DNA of 32,000 nt from Paramicrosporidium saccamoebae KSL3 (taxonomy: Eukaryota > Fungi > Cryptomycota): assembly GCA_002794465.1 (NCBI GenBank), contig MTSL01000208.1, forward strand, positions 1 to 32,000, given 5' to 3'. This document shows positions 20,627-32,000 of the stretch, piece by piece. Positions within the stretch are counted from its first letter, which is position 1. The number at the start of each line of letters is the position of its first letter. The translations under genes and the position numbers were made by a program. The notes beneath the pieces are model-generated. The model saw nothing but the letters and a program-made list of their open reading frames with translations, did not search any database and was not told the DNA's origin.

Positions 20627-20643
20627 CGATTTATATCAATTAG

Positions 20644-21603
20644 CTATTTATTCTTTTCTACTGATTGCAAGTTTCCCAATTCCCCCTCTGATCGCTTGTA
20701 AATGTCATAGTAGCGACGTAATACTTGGTCCCCCGTAGAGTTTTTCGGCTCAGGACTGCGTCCCTTGGTCTTTGCAAAGTGCATCTCGTAATCCCTAATC
20801 CCTGGAAACAATTTTTTCAGTCTAGCGTCGGTGGTTTGTATGGCTGTCTGTGATACATTGGTCAGTTTTGAGATGCCTCGAAGATTATACCATCGAATGT
20901 CACCCTCAGCCTGGGTCGGATAGTGTGAACGAAAATCCAAAAGTCCATCAACCAATTCGGAGAGGAGAGTCTGAGTCTTGGTTGCTACGACGCGTTCCAG
21001 GTATCGATCCAGAAAAGGCTCTTCCAATCCCAACTCTGCATCAAGTTCATCGGCTACATGGCCATGCTCTGCCTTTACTTGATCCCACACCTTTCTAACC
21101 GTATCACGAAGCGCCATATGAAGCTCAAAGCTTTGATCAACCGTGACGGCGGGTGAGGGATCATTTCGCAATTCATCGGAAATGTCCTCAAGAAGGGGAT
21201 TGTCTTTATATTGAATACGCTTAAAGTGGGCCTTTTTGGTTCGGCTCACCTCTTTTTCGACTCGTCGGTTGACACAACGGAACAACGGGACTGGCAAAAC
21301 TTCAGTTGTGGGTTTTGTGGGTCTTCGGTGGACCAAATAGCTTTTCTCCAAATTCTCAGGTTGCACCGGCCATTTGAATCCTGGCAACGGCGCCGATATT
21401 TTCCCATGTCGTTTGCGACGCCAGACGTCATAGAATATCAGATTAGACAGCTGGTACTTTAGCCCGTATCGCTTCGTACCTAGGCACTCAAGCTGTTTTC
21501 GATATTCTTCATCGCCCAAATTCCCAGAATACACTTGGTCATCAGTGGGAATTCCAATGTCGTGAAATTCTTCGAAAGGGTCTGGTTGGCAAAGTTCATC
21601 CAT
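20644..21603 (-). CDS. Hypothetical protein, about 319 aa; N-terminal segment weakly resembles the Rrn9 domain (RNA Pol I upstream activating factor)
   Basis: Long intact ORF. LSNLIFYDVWRRKRH...GFKWPVQPENL recalls the Rrn9 W..WP motif. The CDS is likely real but the function is uncertain. Confidence 0.5.
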   Translation of the reverse strand: MDELCQPDPFEEFHDIGIPTDDQVYSGNLGDEEYRKQLECLGTKRYGLKYQLSNLIFYDVWRRKRHGKISAPLPGFKWPVQPENLEKSYLVHRRPTKPTTEVLPVPLFRCVNRRVEKEVSRTKKAHFKRIQYKDNPLLEDISDELRNDPSPAVTVDQSFELHMALRDTVRKVWDQVKAEHGHVADELDAELGLEEPFLDRYLERVVATKTQTLLSELVDGLLDFRSHYPTQAEGDIRWYNLRGISKLTNVSQTAIQTTDARLKKLFPGIRDYEMHFAKTKGRSPEPKNSTGDQVLRRYYDIYKRSEGELGNLQSVEKNK

Positions 21604-21796
21604 GATAAAGAACAAATCATTTCATTGATACTGGTTGATTGGCTGTGACCGACGAGTCGACAATCATGGTTGGTCAATCGAATTGTAGCCAATCATTGCA
21701 CTGGACAATCGGCACTGATTCGCAAGCAATCCTCTCCGCCAATACAGCTTTTAGATCTTTATAAAGAGTACCTCGAGTCGACTGTCACCAAACGCC

Positions 21797-23920
21797 ATGA
21801 AGATCAATCTACTGGTCATCACTGCGAAACTTCTGGCATTAACAACTGCCACCACTGTTCATCATCACAACTACAATCGGGGACCCCTTCGTCCACAAAT
21901 TGTCGTGATTAACCATCACTTTCATAATGCCGATACAGCCGGCATCTCTGGTGCGCATAACACTCGTAACACTCATGGAGGGATGAGCGCAAATGCAAAC
22001 GCTCCTAGTGCACCTGGTTCTTCTGGCGCCAAGTCGAACACTCCCAGTGCACCTGGTTCTTCTGGTGCATTTAGTGTCCCTAATGCTAGCGCATCTGGTG
22101 CTTCTAGTGTCCCTAATGCTGGCGCATCTAGCGCCTCTAGTGCACCTAATACTGGTGCATCTAGCGCCTCTAGCGCACCTAGTACGCCTGCTGCACCTCA
22201 CACTCCTGCTGCATCTACCGCTCCTGCTGCATCTAACGCTCCTGCTGCTGGTGCTTCCAGTACTCCCAAAGCTGCAAAGGCATCAAAGAACTCTCCGCCT
22301 ACCGCGCAGTTCAAAGAAAACACCGCAAGCAGCCCTCCTGTGAAAGAACACAAGCTCACTGGTAGCGTATTTGGTGCTAGTCATGCGGCTCCACCGGCAG
22401 CAGGTGCATCGAGTCAAGAAAAGAGCGCCACAAAGTCAAAAATTCCAGCTCCACCCGGACCGGCACCGATTCTGAGCAAACCCAACAAGGCACCCAAGCC
22501 ATGTGTCCCTGTTCCATCGTCAAATCAAAGTCAGACGAGCCCCACAAACGCCACTGCTGCCTCTACTCCAGCCCAGCAGGCAACAAAGTCTACTGTTCCC
22601 CCTCCACCTGGGCCTGCTCCAATCTTGAGTCAATGGAAGCCAAAGAAGGCCGCGCCCAATCCGAGTCCAGCCACTCCTTCTCAGGCTGCCGCTCCCGCTG
22701 CCACCAATTCTACGACTCCCATTCTGAACAAACCCAAAGGTTGCAAACCGATTAATGTCTCTGGCACTGTTCCGGCATCAGCTGCGCCAAGTGGAACAGC
22801 TTCTTCTGCAACTTCTGCGTCAAGCTCTGCTGCACCTGGATCTGCTGCGCCTGGATCTGCTACACCTGGCTCTGCTGCGCCCGCGACAAACACAACTGCA
22901 GCACCCGTTTCCTCCAACACTGCGACCAATACTACACGCACCAAGGATGACACGGCCCATCTAGTCGGTGATTACGTAAGCACAGCTAAAATGTTAAAGA
23001 TTCTTCAAACACCAGGAGCTCCGCTGCCTTGGAAATGGCAGGAGCAGTGCTACAATAGCCGTGTCAGCCATTGTGGACCAGTCTTCAAGACGGCTGCTCG
23101 GGATATCAATCTTTACGGGGCCGAGTTGGATACAAGTCTACGTGCACCGACCACCGTCTTCCCCAGTCCCACAGACTTGCGATTCCGCACATTGACTGCG
23201 GCAGGAGCTGTGCTGGGTGGAAAGCTGCCAGCCTTTAAGGACGAAACCATTCCGTATCATACTTATGCCGCCATGGAAATGCTCATTGGAACTGGACTGA
23301 CACCGGTCGCCTCGGGTGAGAGTAGTGCCCAGAAAAAGGTGGTGAATGTTGCTCCGTTTGTGGCGTCCCGTGGGCAGCTCAAGACCCATCTGAGTCCCAT
23401 TGTCCGTCTCGGACTGCACCGACTCGCTGCTGCCCTGCTTTCCCTCTCGAACACAAAGTTTACCTCCATCGACGATGAACTTCGTGCTCTACTCGCGGAT
23501 GCCCAGCATCAGCCCTTTACTCTCGCTGTCCTACTAAAGCATGTTGAGGGAGAGCAGTTGCGTCGCACCCTTTCCAAGGAACATCGGGCTCCACCGCTCC
23601 TGCAAGCCGGTATTTACCACGCTCTGACAGTCAACGTTCCTGACACGCTCAACTTGTGTCATCCGAATGCACAACTGCCTGCCATCTCCGTCCATGCCCA
23701 TTTCCTGAAAAAGTATGGCAGCACGCTGCCGAGGATGAGGCAGATCGTGCTGGCTCGTGCCTTCTTGTATCTAGTCTTTGGGGTTCCCTTCGACCGCTCC
23801 TACTGCAAGAATTGCGGCAATCCTAGGACTGCGTCCAAATCCACTGCAAGGCTCCTTGTTAATGGAATTCTGGCAAGCTATTGTCGTCCTCGTAGCAAGT
23901 ATCACGTAGTAGTCAATTAA
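21797..23920 (+). CDS. Secreted Ser/Ala/Pro/Thr-rich (mucin-like) protein with an unrecognised ~320-aa C-terminal domain, 707 aa
   Basis: Signal-peptide-like MKINLLVITAKLLALTTA, about 330 aa of low-complexity repeats, then a normal-complexity domain. Confidence 0.85.
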   Translation: MKINLLVITAKLLALTTATTVHHHNYNRGPLRPQIVVINHHFHNADTAGISGAHNTRNTHGGMSANANAPSAPGSSGAKSNTPSAPGSSGAFSVPNASASGASSVPNAGASSASSAPNTGASSASSAPSTPAAPHTPAASTAPAASNAPAAGASSTPKAAKASKNSPPTAQFKENTASSPPVKEHKLTGSVFGASHAAPPAAGASSQEKSATKSKIPAPPGPAPILSKPNKAPKPCVPVPSSNQSQTSPTNATAASTPAQQATKSTVPPPPGPAPILSQWKPKKAAPNPSPATPSQAAAPAATNSTTPILNKPKGCKPINVSGTVPASAAPSGTASSATSASSSAAPGSAAPGSATPGSAAPATNTTAAPVSSNTATNTTRTKDDTAHLVGDYVSTAKMLKILQTPGAPLPWKWQEQCYNSRVSHCGPVFKTAARDINLYGAELDTSLRAPTTVFPSPTDLRFRTLTAAGAVLGGKLPAFKDETIPYHTYAAMEMLIGTGLTPVASGESSAQKKVVNVAPFVASRGQLKTHLSPIVRLGLHRLAAALLSLSNTKFTSIDDELRALLADAQHQPFTLAVLLKHVEGEQLRRTLSKEHRAPPLLQAGIYHALTVNVPDTLNLCHPNAQLPAISVHAHFLKKYGSTLPRMRQIVLARAFLYLVFGVPFDRSYCKNCGNPRTASKSTARLLVNGILASYCRPRSKYHVVVN

Positions 23921-24125
23921 TCATTAAACTGTGAGTAAAACAATGTAGTAACTGTGTGAGTTAGAGTGTATCAGCAGGTCAGGAACGGAGGAATATCTCG
24001 GATCTACATATCCGAAACAAAGAGCCACTATTTAAAGCTTCATAAACTAAACACAATAACGTTTATCGGATCTGAACCATTTGTTTGCTCTAACAACCAC
24101 CTTGTATTGTCGATGGGTAAAAGGG

Positions 24126-24482
24126 TTAAACGTTAGTATTTATGAAATCGTCATATTCCTCGAGAGTGGTAAAATACAACGTGTGGGGGGTTAGTGAAAT
24201 GATTGGATCATCAGATGTTCGATTAAGCAGTGATTCTTCATACTTGAAAATTCTACTCCCACTGCTATTTGTGAGTCCCACCGCTATAATCACCAATTCG
24301 TTTGGTTCGAACGGACAGAAAGCTTCGTGTCCTCCTGTCGGGAAATCTAGCTCAACGATCTCCCGGTCCTTGCCAAGGACCATTACTGAGCTAACATTAT
24401 CAATACCCTCCCATGTGATGGTCGAGGCTTGCACAGAGGCGGCCAAGAGATATAAAAGTGATAAAAGAGTTTTAACGTGCAT
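24126..24482 (-). CDS. Small secreted protein, orphan family member A, 118 aa
   Basis: MHVKTLLSLLYLLAASVQA signal peptide; clear paralogy to 30202-30549. The second ATG (24482) is preferred because it matches the paralogs. Confidence 0.85.
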   Translation of the reverse strand: MHVKTLLSLLYLLAASVQASTITWEGIDNVSSVMVLGKDREIVELDFPTGGHEAFCPFEPNELVIIAVGLTNSSGSRIFKYEESLLNRTSDDPIISLTPHTLYFTTLEEYDDFINTNV

Positions 24483-24836
24483 GTCTTTTGTGGCGTTGGC
24501 AACGGCTATCGTAAAGGGTTCTTTAAAAAAAGACCAGGGCCCGTGGTGCTGTTTATGCAATCAAACTGGGCATTGACAGATAGTTAAATTGTTAGTGCCT
24601 AACTGTCGTGTCGATCTCCCGCGGCTACATACATTGGGGATTGCAGAATTATATACTACACCCCTTAATATGCTTGGCGTTCCTAGCATCAAATTACTAA
24701 AGTACAAGTACAATTGCTACATGGTAGAATCAAACGAAGACACCGTTTTCAGTTCGCCACTTTGGATTATACATCTCCCGCACCCATCACCTTACCGCTT
24801 TTATATGCATTACGTATTGTACAACATGCAAAATAT

Positions 24837-25769
24837 CTATTTCTGTAAGGCATCACAGAGCAAGTCTATAAATCCAATGTCATCAAAACCTGGAAAGTAG
24901 TTGACATCTATTACAAACATTCGCTCCGTCTGCTCCTCGAATATCAAATCCCATCCAAACAGTGTCAGTCCCAGTTCCGTCCTTAGTGCCTCTGAGAAGG
25001 AGCTCACTTGCTGTGCATGTCGAGTGTACCTGGCCATGGCACTCTCATATTCCTCAGATGCAACGCTGCCGTTTCGCTTCATCGCTTGGCTGTTAAACTC
25101 GAGAGAATCGCCGTCCTTGTCAGCCCGCAGCGACGGCCGGAGCTGAATACGAATTTTCCCACCCACAACATACACCTTGTATAATATACCGTAATGTGGC
25201 ACATACTCTTGCAGAATATACTCTGCTCCCCCAACAATCTGCTCCACCCGATAATAGAGCGACATGCTGTGAGAGTGTTTTGCGCTACACGCCGCCACAG
25301 GCTTCCGAATTACGGGAAAACGGAGGGGCTCGTTGCATTCGCCAGTAGGAGGGAGGTGCAGACCATGGAGTGGGGCAAACCAGCGCAACAGGTCGCAAGT
25401 ACGTCGTCGGTCGGACAGAAGCGCTACATTCCAATCAACTACACGACCACCCCATCTCCTCAACTCTTCCTCAATACGGAGCAGGTCAACCTCGGGTAGT
25501 AACCAGTCACTGAGCTTGTGAAGTAGTACTGTCAGCTGTAACTCGCAAAGACGGTTCGCCGTCAAGTCCACAGGAGAAAGATGCACAAAGGTGACATGGT
25601 TGCATTTCTTAGTATGGTCGCATTTCTCAGTATGGTCGCATTCCTCAGTATGGTCGCATTCCTCAATATGGTCACATTCTTCAATATGGTTGCATTTCTC
25701 AAAGCCATGTTTGTGCCACTTTTTGGCCAGCACTACTACACCCACCCTCAACTTTTCATTCACTGTCAT
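24837..25769 (-). CDS. ITPK1: Inositol-tetrakisphosphate 1-kinase (ATP-grasp), 310 aa
   Basis: VLLHKLSD, FPVIRKPVAACSAKHSHSMSL, LQEYVPHYGILYKVYVVG, LTLFGWDLI, VIDVNYFPGF. Confidence 0.9.
   Translation of the reverse strand: MTVNEKLRVGVVVLAKKWHKHGFEKCNHIEECDHIEECDHTEECDHTEKCDHTKKCNHVTFVHLSPVDLTANRLCELQLTVLLHKLSDWLLPEVDLLRIEEELRRWGGRVVDWNVALLSDRRRTCDLLRWFAPLHGLHLPPTGECNEPLRFPVIRKPVAACSAKHSHSMSLYYRVEQIVGGAEYILQEYVPHYGILYKVYVVGGKIRIQLRPSLRADKDGDSLEFNSQAMKRNGSVASEEYESAMARYTRHAQQVSSFSEALRTELGLTLFGWDLIFEEQTERMFVIDVNYFPGFDDIGFIDLLCDALQK
25593..25700 (-). repeat. 6 x 18-nt coding repeat, (E/K)(E/K)C(D/N)H(I/T/V), inside ITPK1
   Basis: EKCNHI EECDHI EECDHT EECDHT EKCDHT KKCNHV. Confidence 0.95.
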
Positions 25770-25916
25770 GGCCCCTGTGAGATGGTGCTGCGGCTGTCAA
25801 CATTAACGCTAAACGTCAAAGTGTACTGATTCATCAAATCCTAATGCTAAAGTGCGTTAATTTATCAAACCCTACTGTATAGAACTCGGCATCACTACTA
25901 AGCGCTATGTTGACAG

Positions 25917-29576
<3,660 letters not shown>

Positions 29577-29673
29577 TTAAAACGGCATTAATGTGAAATT
29601 CCTTTTATTTGCAAATAATGAGGCCTGGTTTATGTTGATGGAAAAGACTTGTTATCTCTAGTCCGTATATATT

Positions 29674-30051
29674 CTACTGATATGCTCTTTCGCTGTCATC
29701 AATGGTTTGGTGCTGATGTGGTGCGTAAATAATGTACTCATCAGGGGTCAGTTCAATAACTGGGAGTTCCTTCACCACGTCGTAATAGTACCCAAATTGT
29801 GTGTCGATTGGGTACAATTTACCATCTCCAGGTTCTTCAAAGTATAATACAATACTTTTCAAGTCGGAGAGACGAACCGGAATTATACATGTGTGATCTC
29901 CCAGCTCAGGTGGATTGATTTTGTAGACCCTACTTCCGTATGCATTGACAGTTATTGACTTGACACCCTGAACCTTGCCCCACTTGAGGCGTGAAGCTTG
30001 TACATAAGCGTTCAGCAAAAACAGGGACGACAGACAAGCCACAATGTTCAT
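29674..30051 (-). CDS. Small secreted protein, orphan family member B, 125 aa
   Basis: Signal peptide ending AYVQA, conserved Trp at mature position +5, and PVIELTP motif. Confidence 0.75.
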   Translation of the reverse strand: MNIVACLSSLFLLNAYVQASRLKWGKVQGVKSITVNAYGSRVYKINPPELGDHTCIIPVRLSDLKSIVLYFEEPGDGKLYPIDTQFGYYYDVVKELPVIELTPDEYIIYAPHQHQTIDDSERAYQ

Positions 30052-30201
30052 TTCCGTGAGAGAGTATGCCTCCTACGGACCAGGGGGATAAAGGGTCTAT
30101 TGTATGAGCATCTATGTATGATATCACTCTAATAATATAATATAGAGATTGTGTAAATTGCGTTAATAACCACCTTGTGTTGCCAATGTTTAAATAGCTA
30201 G

Positions 30202-30549
30202 CTATCCCTTTACAAAATCGTCATATGCAGGAGGACTGGTAACATACGGTGTATTAGGAGTCAATGAAATGGTGGGCCTGCCAGACACTTGACTAAGCAT
30301 GGAGTCGTTGTATTTGTAAAATCTAGACTCGCCTCCATCGGAAGTTAATACTACTACTTTACATTCATTCGGCACGAGGACGCACCATGCTCTATCCCCC
30401 GCAGGCGCAATATTTAGGACATAAGTTTCTCGGTTAATACTAGTGACAATTACTGAGATAATGTCTTCAATGCCTGTCCACGTGATAATTAAAGCTTTCA
30501 CGGAAGCGGCTAAAAGAGATACAAGTGTTAGAAGAGCTTTAAAGTTCAT
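30202..30549 (-). CDS. Small secreted protein, orphan family member C, 115 aa
   Basis: LLAASVKA signal end, ITWTGI, C..PNE, SRFYKY, PTISLTP, YDDF. Confidence 0.85.
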   Translation of the reverse strand: MNFKALLTLVSLLAASVKALIITWTGIEDIISVIVTSINRETYVLNIAPAGDRAWCVLVPNECKVVVLTSDGGESRFYKYNDSMLSQVSGRPTISLTPNTPYVTSPPAYDDFVKG

Positions 30550-30603
30550 GTCCTTAAAGCCACCGAAATTGGAATCACAGGGTTTTGCGCAACACTGTCC
30601 AAT

Positions 30604-30619
30604 TTACCATATATGGTAA
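30604..30619. promoter_or_regulatory. Perfect 16-bp palindrome TTACCATATATGGTAA (CArG box, Mcm1/SRF-type)
   Basis: CC(A/T)6GG core with symmetric TTA/TAA flanks, about 55 nt upstream of the member C ATG. Confidence 0.45.
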
Positions 30620-30935
30620 TAGATCTGATGGTCTATATCAATATCGATCAGAATAATGTAATTGAATTTGCCCCACTGCATCCACCACCAGTGTTTGGAT
30701 GCATGGTATATTCCCACATATTGCTTATCAAAGATACAGGCTAAAGTCACTCACATGAAATGTACCAGCACGGGAATTATGATCTAGGGGGGTTTAATCT
30801 CGCAGGGCCCAATGCTTTAACTCAATGTACCCATATTATTCAAGTAGACGGATTTGTGAAGCAATTAAAACTTCCAATTGATGCTGTATTTATTAGAAAC
30901 CTTCAGGACGCTTGTGCCACTGGTTACGCCATGAT

Positions 30936-31388
30936 TTACTGAGGAAGAGTTGTAGAGCCCCCTGACGAGGCATCGGTTTTTCCAGAATACGGACATTTGC
31001 CACTTTGGGCAGAAGGACGTCCGTATGGTTTTTCTCGGGCAAGCCGCTCACGAAGCTTACGAGGATCTCCGACATGATGTCTTTCAGGAGTCAAAGCAAT
31101 GACGCTTCTGCCGCAAGGCGGCCGTTTGAGCATGGTTGCTTCATTGTATTCGTATTCCTCGACTTTCTCGTCAGCTCCAATTACCAATTCAATTTTTACC
31201 AACTCTTCGTGGTCAGTCAGTGTAGAGGTTAAGTAAACGTCTCCTTCAAGAGGTATCGAGCTAATCTTGCCGTCTTTAGTGGTTAGGACGACCAAAGTAA
31301 CATTATCAATCCCCTTCCACGTCAAGAACGAGGCTTGTACAGAAGCAGCCAGCAGCGAAAAGAACGGGAGGAAGGCTGTAATATTCAT
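30936..31388 (-). CDS. Small secreted protein, orphan family member D, 150 aa, with a basic C-terminal extension
   Basis: SLLAASVQA, LTWKGIDNV, EYEYNE and SVIALTP. ATG at 31388 preferred because it matches the paralogs. Confidence 0.8.
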   Translation of the reverse strand: MNITAFLPFFSLLAASVQASFLTWKGIDNVTLVVLTTKDGKISSIPLEGDVYLTSTLTDHEELVKIELVIGADEKVEEYEYNEATMLKRPPCGRSVIALTPERHHVGDPRKLRERLAREKPYGRPSAQSGKCPYSGKTDASSGGSTTLPQ

Positions 31389-31871
31389 ATCGGCACTGTG
31401 GCGTAGCCAAGTCTGCACAACTTTATAACAATGTCTCAATCTATCAGATATAGTAATTTATCAGATGCTTAATACAGCTGCCGATCAACTTTAAGCCAGC
31501 AAGTCCCATGCTTCAGTCTGTGGATTTTTTATCAAATATCAGCCAGGTGCATTAACCGGTTGTGCGAATTAGAGCAACAACTCTGGCCGGAATTGGTTCT
31601 TTGTGGCTTCACATCACGTGACATTAGAGGGTTAGATGTGCACAGACTCGAGTCGCTGTGTTTTATCAGTATCTCGTGGGCCATTCTATAGACTCTACAA
31701 CATGGTGACCGTATGTGTTAAATGGGATCGTCAGTTTCCAATACGCGCCTCCTTTCACAATTGGCCGATCAACCCACTGCACAACATAGGATGTAGTCAA
31801 GACACTTTATCAGTGATCTGGTCTGAACTAGCACAATTTTCTATTTTATAATATGGTCCGAGTTTGTCAAA

Positions 31872-32000
31872 CTACTTTACATAAAGCAATTTGGATCCTT
31901 CCCTATAATGCTCGTCGGAGACTATGATGAAATGCTTCCCACCCGAGGCATTGTACATTTCATCCTTCACAAACGGCACCACCACCTCGCCCTCAGCCGT
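31872..32000 (-). CDS. 3' end of an ORF entering from the window edge, possibly a fifth family member
   Basis: Open 42 codons: TAEGEVVVPFVKDEMYNASGGKHFIIVSDEHYREGSKLLYVK*. Loose resemblance to TSDGG...DSMLSQVSGRPTISLTP. Confidence 0.35.
   Translation of the reverse strand, partial: TAEGEVVVPFVKDEMYNASGGKHFIIVSDEHYREGSKLLYVK

Noticed and set aside
2340-25780. Microsporidian-type CCC/GGG motif immediately upstream of ATGs (AsnRS, PHB2, PCS, BCD1, ITPK1)
   Set aside because: Present before only about a third of starts, roughly what chance gives at this GC content.
30673-30706. Hairpin tgcatcca-N11-tggatgca between secreted paralogs
   Set aside because: An 8-bp stem plus a bulged 3 bp is within chance expectation for 32 kb, and there is no ncRNA motif or second copy.

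Overview
This is eukaryotic genomic DNA from a very compact, gene-dense genome; there are no prokaryotic operon, CRISPR, rRNA or tRNA signals. Gene content (NoxR, PHB2, SMC3, PRI2, COG4, epsin) and 28-37 nt spliceosomal introns suggest an early-diverging fungus or fungal relative such as Rozellomycota; this lineage call is inference only. About 20 genes could be reconstructed by hand, with exon sums checked for frame. In order: AsnRS, COG4, epsin, a CBM21/PP1-targeting protein, NoxR, PHB2, a catalytic-domain-only phytochelatin synthase, a CDK5/Pho85-type kinase, BCD1, a 1061-aa FHA protein, primase large subunit, ubinuclein/Hpc2-like, a possible Rrn9-like protein, a large secreted Ser/Ala/Pro-rich protein, ITPK1, SMC3, and four (possibly five) small secreted paralogs I do not recognise. 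Best leads: (1) a Ki-67-like protein (Ki-67-type FHA, CDK-site repeats, RVxF motif, charge blocks) sharing a promoter with primase; that promoter has an E2F-type site whose 10-mer recurs upstream of SMC3; (2) the orphan secreted family with conserved non-coding elements; (3) an unusual tiny-intron code (21 of 22 acceptors TAG, none CAG); (4) a Cys/His hexapeptide repeat inserted in ITPK1; (5) a half-size phytochelatin synthase with a mitochondrial-like presequence. All family calls come from motif recognition, not database searches.
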